Shown: positions 38,741 to 53,063 of the stretch, one piece after another
Position numbering within the stretch: the stretch's first letter is position 1
How the letters are laid out: each line of letters begins with the position of its first letter
Source: Octopus vulgaris
Lineage: Eukaryota
Reading direction: 5' to 3'
Assembly (NCBI GenBank): GCA_951406725.2
Contig: OX597815.1
Location: 174,964,001 to 175,028,000 of the forward strand
DNA length: 64,000 nucleotides
Notes under the pieces: model-generated
What the model was told of the DNA's origin: nothing
What the model saw: the letters and a program-made list of their open reading frames with translations, nothing else
Databases searched by the model: none
Program-made: the position numbers and the translations under genes

Positions 38741-41641
38741 TAGTAATAAGTATAGTAGCACCGACTATTAACTGAAGGAGTTACTGTCTGAGGATAAGAA
38801 CCTCAAGGTGGGAGCCATTATTTAAATAGGTGTGGTTTAGTCATCTAGACAGGAGACAAAAACTCAGTTACCAATTCTTCAGGAAATCTTAAATTTATTT
38901 TACCTATTTCAAATAATTTTTTAATATCAAAACAATTATTATTCTATTTTCTTATAAACCTTAGGGTTTTATTGTAAAAATAGGATATTTTAGAAGTGGG
39001 GAACAGGTGAAAGGTAGCTGTTGTTGGGGTTTGAGGGCAGAATTAATCCTAACCCGAAATACCTTGAAATGAGGTGGGTTAGCCATGTTTGGGGAGTTTT
39101 TATTCACTTTCTTATTAACCAACAATAAAGTATTCAAATATTGATTGATAATATTAAAAGACATCTTTATATCATTTTTAAGGTGTGTAGATTATTCTAT
39201 ACAACCACACTATATATATATCATCATCATTCAAAGTCCATTTTCAATGCTGGCATGGGTTAGATGGTTTGACAGGGGCTGGTAAGGTCAAGGACCATAC
39301 CAGGCTTTGTCATCTGTTCTGGCATGGTTTCTATAGTTGGACGCCCTTCCTAACTTTACAGAGTGTAACTGGGTGCTTTTTATGTGTGTTATATGTGGCA
39401 CCAGCCAAAGGTTATGAAATGAAGCATCCTTGAGAAAAATGAATTTGATTTTCCAAAACTATGTTCCAAAATGAAGGATGTCCATAAATAATAATCAAAA
39501 TATATAATTTGCCATGAGTAATACAGCCAACTTTTAGATTGACAAATTTCCTACTCTCTATCACCATCAGGCTGTCTCTCTTTTACACCTTCCTCTTTCT
39601 ATATGTATTTAACCCACTCTTTCTCTGTATAGGTATTATCTCTCACACATGCTATCCTTCCCTTTCTCTCTTGATATGATGTAATTGTTTAAAACCTTGT
39701 CTTCTAACGTTTACTTGCATTTCATCATGACTATTATTGCACAAATCCAGTTTTCTGATTGGGTAAAAATGATCAAACTTTAAATCTCTGTAACATTTTT
39801 CTAAAATTTTTCTGCAATAAATGATTAACAAAAACAAATTCAGCATGAAAAGGTACATCAATGTACCAAATTTTAAAGTTTAACATTTCAAAATCTGTGA
39901 CAGCAACAGAAAAGATTTTTCTCTCTCTCTTTGTCCATCTCTTTCATTTTTCTCTTTTCTCATTATAAATTTTCCCCCTCTCTATAAATTTATCACTCAC
40001 TCTCACTCCCTATATAAGTATATTGTTCACATTGAATGCGTATGTGTGTGCATGCATGTGTGTAAGGAATTTCATTAGGGTGATGGAGTGATTTTAAAAA
40101 AGGTATTTAAAAGATAATTTATTTTGATAGCATACTTATCTGTCAGTAAATATTTTTCTTACACACACACACACAGAATCAATTGGTTTGGGGTGAGGGT
40201 TAAAAATCTAAATTATTAATTTTTTTTGGTTCTTGCTTAAATCCCAGCCTGAGCTAAACAAACTGTCACATCAGCATCATTATTCCATAAAATGTGTTTA
40301 TGGTGAGAAAAATATTGAAAGACATCAGCACATGAGTGACAAAGAAATTAGGAAGGTACCAGGTGATCGTAGGATGTGTTAGAAACAACAGCTAAACCTC
40401 CCTTAAATCATACACCTTTTCAGCTGAATATAATTCTGAAATTATAAACAGAAATAAATTGCAGATTAGGATTGTCTGTATTTCAAAAATTATGATTGTC
40501 AAAAAAAAATTTGAAAAATAGTTAACATTTTAAGATTTATGTGACGGAGGGGGGGGATGAATTTTAAAAAATTTCGCTATGTTTTTAAATTACATTTCAT
40601 TTTCTGTTTGAAAATGAAGTGGAAACTGTAATGGTGATCACTGATTTCCCAAAATTTCTTTTAACTGATAAGGCTTCTCCCACTGTCAAGTGCATAATGA
40701 AAAAAAAAAGGCCAAAATTGGTACTCAGGGTGGGGAAGAAAGGGGGTTTGAAAAAAATCATATTACCAAAAAGGCATCTTCCATTATTTTAAGTGCATAA
40801 TGCAAAAGAAAAAAAATTGACAAAATTGATCCACAAGAGGGGGGGGGGTTATAAATTAAAAAAAAAAATTTTTTATAAAAAGCTTCCCAATATAATTTGA
40901 AAGGGTGCAGTGAAAAAAAAGATGTTTAATCCCCGTCAAAACGGAGAAAATCAAACTTATATGTGCGTGCTACTCCGAAAGTCCGCCAAGGCTTTCTAGT
41001 GTGAAAAATGCCAAGTAACGACGGGATACTCAGCTTGTGTGTGTGTGCATGACAGTCTGATAGTAGCAAAGATAGCCGAAGCTTCGAAGTCACAGGCAAT
41101 ACTATTTTTGTTAAAGAATAATGAATTCATATTCTAGTAAATGTATTGAGAAATCCTTCAATTTAAATTTGAAATTGTTATATCATAAAATCAAACATTA
41201 ATGTATATATTTACACACATAATCATCATCATCATGGTTTTAATGGCCTTTTCCACATTTGCATGGGTATATATTCATATATACACATTATACAGACATC
41301 ACATATATGAATGTATCTTTGTCTCTCATCACCGCTTAACAACCGGTGTTGATGAGTTTACGTTCCTGTAACTTAGCGGTTCGGCGAAATAACCTGATAA
41401 AATAAGTACCAAGCTGTATGTACATTACTAAAAAGTACTGGTGTTGATTTGCTCAACTAAAATTCTTCAAGGCGGTACCCCAGCATGTCTGCAACAAGAT
41501 ATATATCATATTGTAAGACAGCCTTAAAATAGGGCATTCTTTCTAAGTCTTACAAACAAAAAGAATCCCTTAAAATGGTACCACATATTTCATTTCAGTT
41601 TATATATATTACTCTGTCGTATATTTGTCTCTCTCTCTTTT

Positions 41642-41709
<68 letters not shown>

Positions 41710-41720
41710 TCACACACACG
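41642..41720. repeat. (CA)n(TA)n microsatellite
   Basis: Directly visible. Confidence 0.9.
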
Positions 41721-42535
41721 TATATTTTTCTTAGACGGTTATTTATATATATAGACATAAACGGTTCTACACCCGATTTAAAATTTATTGTTAAGGATGT
41801 TGATTTAGTTCAGCTTTTAGTTCTAACCATTCTACGTTTTTGGTGGTGGAAACAGTAAACAATGACTGTCCTTAAATGACCACCACCCCGCAAAATATTT
41901 CAGCCTACCTATGTCCTACCTTTTTTTAATTATTGCAGTTTCCCATTCTGGCAATCAAACCATTTTAAAACCATCCAAGAATCCTCCGATATCAATATTC
42001 TTAGGTGGAACAAGTGTTTCTGCTTTTAAACAGGGGTCCGTATCACCTGAGGAGGGGATTTCATATAAGATTGTGGGTGATGGGGACACACGCAAGGAAA
42101 TATCAAATTGGGAATCCACAGTAGTATTTAAGGGTCATGAAAAATTTTGTTTCCAATGTTTCAGCTGCAAGAAACAGCTTGGTTTACTTCTCTACCATTT
42201 TACATACACGTGAATGAGTGAAAACCAAAATAGACATTTTGAAAGAAGCATCTATAAAACTAGTTTTTAAATATCGAATGGCTATGATGGGGTCTGCCAG
42301 AATGAAACAGTAATCAAAGGGGTCCGTGGATAATAATAAAAGAAATGATTGAGAATCAGAGTGTTAGACATTCTGGGAAATAATAATAACTGATTGATTA
42401 ATTATAGTAAATGATAATTAAAACTAAATAAATAAATTTAGTAGAGAGTAAAAGTGTCGAGAGAGTAATAGCAGTGAAAATGAGTCAAGATGAAGCGAAT
42501 AATGAGTTGAAGAGAAAACCAAAACAGAAGCTTAC

Positions 42536-42880
42536 CGACATTAGAGAGGAAAGTGATGAAAGTGAGACAAAGATGGTGGTGGTGGCGGTGGTAGTGGAGG
42601 AACTACAGACTGATGTGTGAGGAGGAGGAGGAGGCATGTAATTAGTGCTGATGGTAGTGGTGGGAGATAATAGTATCAGGAATAGTAAGAGGGAGAGACG
42701 TACTACAGGCAGTTGGGGGTGAGGATAGCAGTAACGGTGATGATCGTGGTGGTGGGAATAGTAGTACAGGTAGGAGTGGTGGCGGTGGGAGTAGTAACAA
42801 TACCGTTGGCGGTGATGGTGGTTGTGGTAGTAGTAATAGGGAGATTGGTCGTCGCCATAATGGCAGTGTTTGTACACAGG
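42536..42880 (-). other. PAIP2: Probable PAIP2 exon 1 (low-complexity 5' leader ending in ATG TCG = Met-Ser)
   Basis: G|GTAAGC donor at 42535; ATG TCG joins in frame to GCA AAT ATG of exon 2; CpG-retaining region; TSS not defined. Confidence 0.6.
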
Positions 42881-42899
42881 TAGTGTATATATATATACT

Positions 42900-44640
42900 A
42901 TCATCATCATCATTTAAAGTCCATTATCCTTGTTGGCATGATTTGGATGGTGTGACCAGAGCTGGTAAGCTGGTGGTGATGGGGGAGGCATCAAACTCCA
43001 GAACTGATTTGGCAAGATTTCTAAAGCTGGATGCCCTTCTTAATGCCAACCACTTTACAAAGTGTACTGGACACTGCACAGGCGCTTTTACATATATATT
43101 CTTTTATTCTTTTACTAGTTTCAGTTATTTGACTGCAGCCATGCTGGACCACTGCCTTTAGTCGATCACAGGACTTAATCTTTGTAAAACTAGAACTTAT
43201 TCTATCGGTCTCTTTTACCGAACTCCTGGGTTTCAGGAATGTAGACACACCAACATCGGTTGTCAAGCAATGGTGGGGGGGGGGACAAACACACACACAC
43301 ACACATATCTAGGACGGGCTTCTTTCAGTTTCCCTCTACCAAATCCACTCACAAGGCTTTGGTTAGCCCGAGGTCATAGTAGAAGACACTTGTTCAAGGT
43401 GCCATGCAGTGGAACTGAACCTGGAACCATGTGGTTGGGAAGCAAGTTTCTTACCACACAGCCTCATTACCATCATCATCATCATCATCATTTAATGCCC
43501 ATTCTCCATGCCAGCATGAGTTGGACGGTTTGACAAGAACCGGCCAGCTGGAGTGCTATGCCAGGCTCCACTTGTCTGTTTCGGCATGGTTTCTATGGCT
43601 AGATGCCTCTCCTAATGCCAACCACTTTACAGAGTGCACCAGGTGCTTTTTATGTGGCATTGGCACAGGAGTTTTTTTATGTGGGACCAGCACAAATGTT
43701 TTTACCTGCACCTGCGAGCTCACAAGACAAGGATCTCTCAGCTGAGAGAGGGGAGTAGAACTGAGAGATTACATTATGACAAATGTAGCCCTCATACTAT
43801 CTGAAGAGATACTTGGCTACCTTAAGGAGGATGGTGGGATGTGCAGTGTGTGGTGGACGTATGGGGAAGATGGTTTGTGGAGGAGTTTGATAGAGGACAG
43901 AATTATGTGTGAGTGGAGGAATGGTCATAAAGGACATGCCTGTACATATGGTCATGATTTTACTTAGTTTGTCTTCTCAAGCACAGCAAATCACCAGAAC
44001 TTACGGTCTCTTGTCATCTCTTCAGTGAGATCCAACATCTATAGATCCTTTCACATCACTTTGTCCAACGTCTCCCTGGGTCGTCCTCTTCCACATACTC
44101 CCCCCACAATTAGAAATTAGTGCTCCTTTATGCAGCTGTCCTCATCCATACACATCAGATGACCCTACCAGCAGAGTCTTCTCTCTTGCATGTAGCATCT
44201 GATGCCTCTTATACACAATTTTTCTCTGAAATCATTTACTCTCTGCCATACATGCACACTGACATCATCCATTCAACAGAGCATGCTAGTCTTATAAGTG
44301 TTGGTGTGGCTACATAGAAATACAATTGGCTTTCCATCAACATGGTCCTGAGTTCAGTTCCACTGTATGACAACTATTACCTCAGAGTGATCCAAGTCTT
44401 GTGAGTGAATTTAGAGGATGAAATCTGAAAGAAACCCATTCATCATCATCATTTAGCATTTGTTTCCATGCTCACATGAGTTAGATGGTTTGACTGGAAC
44501 TGGTAAATCACAGAGATGAACCAGGCTCCAGTTGTCTTTTTGGGGTTTGGTTGTTATGGCTGGATGTCCTTCATAATGCCAACCACTCCACAGAGTGTAC
44601 TGGGTACTGATACCTTTAACATGTTACCAGCATGTCACCA
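42900..44640 (-). mobile_element. Cluster of RTE tails, an RTE fragment and SINEs
   Basis: (CAT)n-tailed copies at 42900, 43468 and 44440; SINE 43100-43465; RTE C-terminus 43960-44290. Confidence 0.7.
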
Positions 44641-44649
44641 TTGTGTGGG

Positions 44650-44686
<37 letters not shown>

Positions 44687-44687
<1 letters not shown>

Positions 44688-46339
44688 TAGCTGAGTTACC
44701 CGGTGTTGCCCGTGTTACATGCAATTGAAGAATTAGACTTTTCTGTTATATTTTCTGTAATGAACTGGAATACCTATGTTTCAAATTTCATCAAAATTGC
44801 AGATAAGGGTTATTTCCCTCTTTACACACCCTAAAAAAATTGTAATCATGCCACATGTATCTCATACTACTGATTTTTATGCACATATTCCAAAATTCCA
44901 GTCTTATAGAACCTGTTAAAAGGGTTTTGATCCTGAAAAATGGAGGTCATAGAGCTCTAAAATTTGAGAGTTAAAGCCCCTATTGGGGGTGGGCATCTTA
45001 ATATCAACCAGAGAAGTTGAATTGTTGAGAATCTTTTTAACTTGGGTCCTATAGCTAATGTTTGAATTTCTTTGAAATAGGAAATATGTGTTCACTGGAT
45101 TTGTAAAAGAGAGCAAAGCTACAGGCAGGAAACCAAAAGACAAATGATCACAATAAGCAGTCAGCTACAGTACCACTCCCAATGTAGTATTCCTCACCAT
45201 CCAGGTGACAGGCACAGCCATAAGATGCATTATGAATCTATAGCAATTGGAAGGGCGTGACCCAACTGAAATAAACATTAACAACTGTGTGACATGAGGG
45301 TTAAGGAGAAATGAAAGTTGGAGTTTGCAAATGGCCACTATACTGATACATAACTGGACAGAATAAATTTACAATCTATAAATGTCTTTGAATAACCAGT
45401 CACTCATCTGGGAAGTCCTTGAAATCAATGTTACCATCTGGGGACTATGTGTGACCCAGTGATAATAAAATGACTGAAAGGAGGTCTGCAATCAAATAAC
45501 TTTACTCAACACTTTGCAACTGAATCAGTGGAAGCAAAGATGCCTCTCATTTACTTGACAATTTATGCAGCACATTGCAGAAATCACAATGTAAGTGTAT
45601 GTCAAAGCAAACTCTTACACTGTTGTACCATTGAATTACAAATAATGCTCATCTTTTGTACCATTGAATTACAAATAATGCTCGGGTGACCCTACAGCTT
45701 CCAAGAGTACAACTGTATTCGTCTTTGCTTAGATAAAACGACTAAATTGTGGGTGTTAAATCCCCATGAAGGAGTCTTTCTAACTTGTAAGAAGATGAAA
45801 TTTTATAAATATTACTTCAATTGTATTTAATATGTATGGTTCAAATTCATCAACAGCAAAAATATATGAATTGTCATGGGGGTTATGGCCCTTATGCATA
45901 GAATATAATTTCCTAAAGATCCATTCAGTACCTTTGACCTAGTTTTGGATCATAAAAGAAATGACTAAAATTTAGGGTGTCTTAGAATCCTCATGTGAAG
46001 TGGAAACTTTGAGAATACTTCTTGATGTGTGTCAATTACCCATGGTTGAAATTTCATCAACATCGAAAATTTATGAATTTTCATGGGGGTTCTGCCCCCT
46101 TTAAGCCATCAGAAATTCAAACCAAACATATTGCATTATACCCGCCCTTATGCATTGAATCTAAGTTTCAAATATCATAAGAATCCACTCAGTAATTTTG
46201 GTCCATGAAATTGTATGAAACACATAGCATTACCCTCCTCCCTAGGCTTGGATTTTATGTTCCAAATTTCATTATGATCGGTGCAGCAGTTTTTGAATGT
46301 ATAAGTAACACACAAACACATTGACTTTGATATAATAGA
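44687..46339 (-). mobile_element. Non-autonomous Helitron (~1.65 kb) inserted in (TA)n
   Basis: Minus strand A|TCTATTAT start at 46339; 3' hairpin CGGGCAACACCGGG and CTAG|T at 44687. Confidence 0.75.
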
Positions 46340-46356
46340 TATGAATGTGCACATAT

Positions 46357-46359
<3 letters not shown>

Positions 46360-46443
<84 letters not shown>

Positions 46444-46459
46444 TGTGTGTGTGTGTGTG

Positions 46460-46498
<39 letters not shown>

Positions 46499-46505
46499 CA
46501 CACAC
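46360..46505. repeat. (TA)n(TG)n(TA)n microsatellite
   Basis: Directly visible. Confidence 0.9.
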
Positions 46506-46507
46506 AA

Positions 46508-46774
46508 ACACAAAGATAAATTGACAGATACAACTGAGTGGGCAAAGAAAAATATCAGACACAGCCTAGTGCTTTTTTTATGTTGATAAGCCTGGTACTT
46601 ATTCTATTAGTTTCTTCTTGTGAAACCAGTAAGTTATTGGGATGTAAATAAACGAACAGCAGTTGTGAAGCAGTGATGAGGGCGAAACACAGAAACAAAG
46701 TCACACACATACACTTACATATATACATGCAGATATCTACGATGGATTTCTTTAAGTCTCTGTCTACGAAATCC

Positions 46775-46807
<33 letters not shown>

Positions 46808-47015
46808 CACACAAAAGATAAATTGATAGATACAACTGAGTGGGCAAACAAAAATATGAGACACTGCCTAGTGCTTTTTTTTATTTTGATAAGCCTGGTA
46901 CTTATTCTATCAGTTTCTTCTTGTGAAACCAGTAAGTTATGGTGCTCTAAACAAACAAACAGCAGTTGTGGAGCATTGATGAGGGAGAAACACAAAGACA
47001 CACACATAGACTTAC

Positions 47016-47065
<50 letters not shown>

Positions 47066-47100
47066 GATTGATTTCTTTCAGTTTCTGTCTACAAAATCCA
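46508..47100. repeat. Tandem duplication of a ~295-bp unit (flank plus SINE 3' half)
   Basis: Both units start with AAAGATAAATTGAYAGATACAACTGAGTGGGCAAA (~46512 and ~46814). Confidence 0.8.
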
Positions 47101-47432
47101 CTGACAAGGGTTTGGTTGGTCTGAGGCTATAGCAGAAGACACATGCCAAATCACCACACAGTGGGACTGAACCCAGGACATTGTGTTTTGGAACAAAGAT
47201 TGTTACCACACAGCCACACCTGCACCTATGTATGTGTGTGTGTGTGTATGGGTGTATATATGTATGCATGTATATATGTGTATATATATGTGTGTACCTA
47301 TTACATGTACCTCTCTCTATATATATATACATCTACACATATACATGTATACATATACATCTATATCTTTATAAATACATCTATACATATACCTCTATAT
47401 ATATACATGTTTACATATACATCCATATATAA

Positions 47433-47487
<55 letters not shown>

Positions 47488-47878
47488 AATTTAAATTTAA
47501 AATAATAATGGTGAAAAATTTAATATTAATTTGATTAATATCAATTTAAAACCAGTGGTGTAGCATATTGAAAAGTCTGAAGTTTCAGAAAAAATTATAT
47601 TACATACATATAAGAGGGATGACCTGTAAGTGGACATCCATTATACTAGAAGAAGATCCACTATGGTCTTACCATTCCTTTGTTAGTAGTAAGACCATAG
47701 TGGATCTTCTTTTAAACATTTTTTTTGCCCATGATACTACATGGACCCTAAGTAAGGCATGTGTAAAATTTGAATGAAATTGGTTGTGTAGTTCCCAAGT
47801 TTTAGGGATTCACACAGACACACAGACAGACAGACACACATTCTCAGTTTTATATATATGTATGTATGTATGCATATA

Positions 47879-48665
47879 TCATCATCATCATCATCATCAT
47901 TTACCCTCTGTTGTCCATGCTGGCAAGGGTTGGATGGTTTGATCGGGTCTGGTCAGCTGAGGGGCTGCAGCAGATTTCTACAGCTGGATGCCCTTCCTAA
48001 CAACAACCACTCCATGGGTGTAATGAGTACTTTTACGTGCCACTGACATGGGTGCCAGTTGCATGATACCAGTATCTGCCACAACTATGATTTCACTTGA
48101 CTTGATGGGTTTTCTTCTCAAGTACAGCATCATGCCAAAGGTGTTGGTCATTTGTCATTGCGTTCATGAGGCCCAACATTCAAAAGGTGCTTTTTACATG
48201 CCACCGTCACAAGAGCCAGTGACGTGACACTGGAAACAGTCACAACTACAATTTCACTTAGCTTGATGGGTCTTCTTAAGCACAGCATATCACCAAAGGT
48301 CTCGGTCACTAGTCATTCCCTCCATGAGGCCCAACATTTAACTGTCATGCTTCACCGCCTCGTCCCATGTCTCACCCTGGATCTACCTCTTCCATAGGTT
48401 CCCTCCATAGTTAGAGCTCAACACTTCTTTATACAGCTGTCCTTGACAATACACATCACATGACCATACCAGCACAGTTATCTCTCTTGCACATTACATT
48501 TGATGCCTCTTATGCCCAACTTTTCTCTCAAGATCTTTACTCTCTGTTGTACATGTTCGTTGACATTGCATAACCAGCAAAGCACGCTAGTTTCGTTTCT
48601 TACAAGCCTATGCAAGTTCTCGGCTGTCACAGTCCATGTTTCACTGCCTTTCACTCTGAGGGAGA
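47879..48665 (-). mobile_element. RTE LINE 3' end
   Basis: (CAT)n tail, 3'UTR units and C-terminal coding similarity to 33700-34530. Confidence 0.8.
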
Positions 48666-49637
48666 AGCTTGTAATGAAGCGTGAGATGGGAGGTGCTGAG
48701 AATGGCTCTTTTGTACCACATCACATGGCCGTAACAATAAAGAGAAACTGAATAGAACAAATAAATGCCAGATGGAAAGAGACACAACCACACCAGAATG
48801 ATTGAGAGAACATTTACTGATGTGATAACATGTGTCTGTGTGTGTGTCATGTATATAGAATAATTGACAGGCCGTCATGAGAACAAAATGCATGTGTATG
48901 TAGAGGCATAGATGTATGTGCGTGTTAAGAACATACATAAAGAAAGCAGTGAAAGTGTCCATAAGTCATTGAAATGAGAAGTAAGTTCATAGTCACAAGA
49001 AAGATGATAGTACCATTTCGTAATCAGTCATACACGGTAGTTGAAATACTGTATCAAGAAGTCGCGGTCATGATGTTGAACCAGTTACAAGTACATGTCG
49101 TATGTGAAGTTGTGGCTGTGATGCTGCTGCCTGGGTCACGTGGTACAGGAGTTCATGCAGGTCATAAATTTGCTATTGATCCATAGTGAAACAATTCACA
49201 AACGGTGAACTGTTGGAACCTGGGTGAGTTGCTTACTGAGCTGTGTACGAAGAGAGACAATGTTGACAACGTTAAGAAGGACATGATGTGGCAATGAAGA
49301 AGGACAAAGTTGGTAAGTCTCAACATAACTGCTGTGGTAATAGTGTCATCTGGCATTTCCACTGGAACTGACTGTATCTTCTTAGTCAGTGGCTAGACCT
49401 TAAAAGGTCTGAAACCAAAGACCAGGAGCAAGGAAAAGCTGAGTTTTTATAATGAGCTGTAGGCTAAAATAGGGTAGTAAACAGGCTGTCCTGCATGTTC
49501 CTATTTAGAGCCTCTGACTGGTTATCTGTGACAAGTTGGTGCAACCGAGTAGGAGGACAAATTGCACTGATACCAACCAATCAGAGTTGTGGACACAACG
49601 TGATCCAAAGAGCAGCCAAAGGCCAGCTGTTCCTTGC

Positions 49638-49638
<1 letters not shown>

Positions 49639-49670
<32 letters not shown>

Positions 49671-50978
49671 TGTGTACAGTGCTCAGGTGCACTACAACTC
49701 ATCTAAAGTGTATATATAATCAGGTGTAGTTTCGGCGGATTTTGGGAAGCATGAGGGCCTTAAAGGATGCAGTGTCATGGCAGTCAACAACTGATGCAGG
49801 CAGTTTATTCCACGCTTCAGCAACCCTGAGCGTGAAAAAATGTTTCTGAAAGTCATGGGAGCTGTGCTGTTTTCTGACTTTGTAGGCATGTCCACGTGTG
49901 TTAGACACATGTAGATCAAAAAGGTGTTCAGTGTTGTTGTTGGTGAGGTGGTTGATAACCTTGTGGGTGTTTACCAAGTCCGTCGCCAGACGCCGGAGCT
50001 TCAGTGAATCCATGCCCAGGGAAACAAGGCGCTCAGAATATGGTAGGTGTCTGATGGAGGGTATGCGTTTGGTTGCACGTCTCTGGACAGATTCCAGGAG
50101 GTCAATGTTCTGAGCAAGATAGGGATTCCAAACTGATGATGCGAATTCCAAGTGTGGTCGTACCATAGCTGTATACAGTTTTAAATAGATTGCTGGAGAG
50201 CGGCTAACAAAAGTCTTGCTGAGTGATGCCAAGACACCCTCGGCCTTCTTGACAATTTTAGAGATATGCTTTGTCCAACGCAAATCACTGCTGACAGTGA
50301 TGCCTAGGTCACGCTCGCAAGAGGATTTCTTGATATCAGTGTTGTGGAGGGAGTATGTGGATGCAGGGTTTTTTCTCCCAAAATGCATGGTGGTACACTT
50401 GTCCACAGCCAGTTTCAGTTGCCAGTCTGTGATCCATTGCTGCATTGTGTCTAGGTCTGATTGCAGGAAAGAGTTGTAGACATCAGGATCAGTCCTCTTG
50501 ATTTCAAGGTACAGCTTGATGTCGTCTGCATATTTCAATACTGTGGCATTCTTTAAATTGGCATCTATGTCATTAATGTATGCCACAAACAGGAGGGGAC
50601 CAAGGACAGATCCCTGTGGTACACCCGATGACATCTCATATGGTGTAGAGTGCTGTCCTAGAACTGTGACTATCTCCTTTCGACTGAGGATGAAGGATTT
50701 CAACCAGTTAAAAAGGTCATCCCCCACACCCATTGCAGAGAGTTTCACCATAAGCCTTTTGTGTGGCACAGACTTGAAAGCCTTAGCAAAGTCAAGGTAG
50801 ACAACATCCACCCATGAGCCACTGTCAGTGATCTGAGTAATGTCCTCAAGGAACTCGACAAGCTGGTCACTGCAGCTGGAGTTAGGGACAAATCCATATT
50901 GTGAGGGTCGGATGAGACTGTGAGAGCTCCAGAAGTTCCAGAGTGTTTCTCTGACACACAATTCCATCAGTTTTGCAA
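49639..50978 (-). mobile_element. 5'-truncated CR1 LINE with an open RT ORF (49720-50967) and (TTA)n tail
   Basis: QYGF, LDFAKAF, GVPQGSVLGP, YADD, ERDLGI, RPHLE, LESVQRRATK; uninterrupted 415 codons. Confidence 0.93.
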
Positions 50979-52986
50979 ATGGGAAAGAGCAATTTCACAC
51001 AAGTCCACACTGCAAGCCTATAGCGTTTTGCTAAAGTAACACTGGTTGTTACCAATGTAATGTGGGTTTGATTGTAACATGGTGGTAGTTACTAATTTAG
51101 AGCATGTGTTCTGTGATTTAATGTATGAAGAGTATCTGTGAGAGAATCTCTTTCAATGTCCTTTTCAATAAACACGAATAAAGAATGTTCAGAAAGCAGT
51201 TCATTTACAATGAAACATTGTAAACTTTACTTAAATAAAACAAATGCTGGCAAGTGGTAACAACGATTAATCTGTGTGCATGAAGCAAATACACATGTAT
51301 GTGAGACATGAAGAAATCTCATGACTGACTTTGTACACAGAAGGGTTATGTGGAAGCCATTGTGAGCTAACAAGAATGAGAATGTACTACTCTCATTTTG
51401 AAGCAGAGTGGTAGCTGATATCATTCAAATGAGTTGCATGCAGCTGGTGGTCAGCACAAAAACTGCGGCATTTCAAATGAAGAGAAGTTGTTTCTTGACT
51501 GTTGTTTCTGCAACTAGTTTCAGACTGTCGCCTCACTGCTATAGTGAGTTTCCTGAGCTAAGGCAGATCACTACTTGTTCATATTGCCTCCAGCGCTGAT
51601 TAGTTGGAATCTGTCACAGCACAACTGAACTATGCTGGTGAAAAACTAGATCTTTCTTGACTCCTTATAAGCCCTTTGTTGCCAACAGAGGTTGGAGCTC
51701 TCTGAACTTTGCCCATCCTATTCTGATTCTAACAGCTAGACTCTCAGAGCATCCACCTCCTCAACTAACTTGATCACCTAGATAATAGAAACTATCTACT
51801 ACCTCTCGCTTACCCCACTGGCATTTGATGCAGCCTATTTTTTGTACATTTTAAGTGTTTATTGTACCTGTGCGCACATAACCATAATATCCCAGTTAAG
51901 CTTCCTCTGATATTGCTGCACCTCTTATGTGTTCATAGCTTACACTGGGTATATCTTATGGAATTTCTACCTACACCTTTCCTACAGATCAAGCAGGGTC
52001 ACCTGCCTGAAAGGATTTGTCATAAATTAAGTACCAGTTGCATACTCGGGGCGATCTAATCGACTGGCCCCTTTCCCCAAAATTTCGGGCCTTGTGCCTA
52101 GAGTAGAAACGAATTTTCACCCAGCCAGAAAACAGAATCTAGGAACTGTCATTTTGTGTGTTTTAAAATGTAACTTGATAAATCAACTCCTGCTTTATGC
52201 ACAACATATTACCCCTTATAACTTTTTTATTTTTTGGAATTTTCTGAAAACTTTTTGCAAATTTGTATTCTGTAACCAGGAATTCATGCAATTATATAAA
52301 AACAAAAAAAATTGGGGCAGTGGAGAGGCCTGATTTAAGGTCTATTTGGCTGTTATTTTTAGCACATCTCTTGACCAGAGTACAACCAGCAGATGGGCAC
52401 AAGCAACAGAACAGAGGGTCGACGATCAACGATCTCACAGACAAAAAAGTTCTCATGTTTGGTTTGTTACTATGGAAAGAGGCACGAATGTGTCTGTGCC
52501 TTACAATTAGCTAAAATTACCCCAAATTTGCAAACTTTAAAAGTTAATAACTCTTTATTCATTGATTTATGGCGAAAATGAATTTGATAGCGGATCTGTT
52601 CAATCTCGAGAACAGATTTTTAAATTAATTTTTTAAAACTAAACAGTTTGAAACTTCGGATATTGGTTGAATGTGTCACGTTGAACACGGTTTGAGACTG
52701 GAAAGATCCTTGATAGTATTGATTAGCATATTATTACACCGAATAGAGAATAAATTCGAACAGAGATTGAAAATTGGCAGCCAAACAGTAAAGTCCCTTT
52801 TTCTCGGTATCGAACGTCTTGGATTACATTTATTTAATGTCTCTTTCCAGTTTTGTTTTGAAATTGTAGTGATTTGAGAGAAGTTTGGCTGCTATTTTTA
52901 GCAGGGCTTGTTGATTAGTTCACCATACGATTATAATTAAAACCCTTGTTTAGTAGAACTCTCTACTTTTTGAGGCTTAAATATGC

Positions 52987-53016
52987 TTTTAGCGCGCTAA
53001 TTCTATGGCTTTTGAA
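52987..53016 (+). promoter_or_regulatory. FANCI: E2F-like palindrome plus CHR-like TTTGAA at the FANCI promoter
   Basis: TTTTAGCGCGCTAA 52987-53000; TTTGAA 53011-53016; about 50 nt upstream of a GTAAGT donor. Confidence 0.55.
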
Positions 53017-53063
53017 ACGAAACGGGTTTCACATTTTGATCCGCTCTTTTCCTATGAATTCCA
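53017..53063 (+). other. FANCI: Probable non-coding exon 1 of FANCI (start approximate)
   Basis: CCA|GTAAGT donor at 53064 in CpG-retaining DNA; exon 2 begins with a 30-nt UTR, so an upstream exon is required. Confidence 0.55.

Noticed and set aside
46175-47505. Numerous YIYI/CVCV/HTHT ORFs
   Set aside because: Translations of dinucleotide microsatellites
47646-47712. Pre-miRNA-like hairpin AAGAAGATCCACTATGGTCTTAC...GTAAGACCATAGTGGATCTTCTT
   Set aside because: A perfect stem embedded in repeat-like flanks; most likely a mini-MITE, with no known seed recognised
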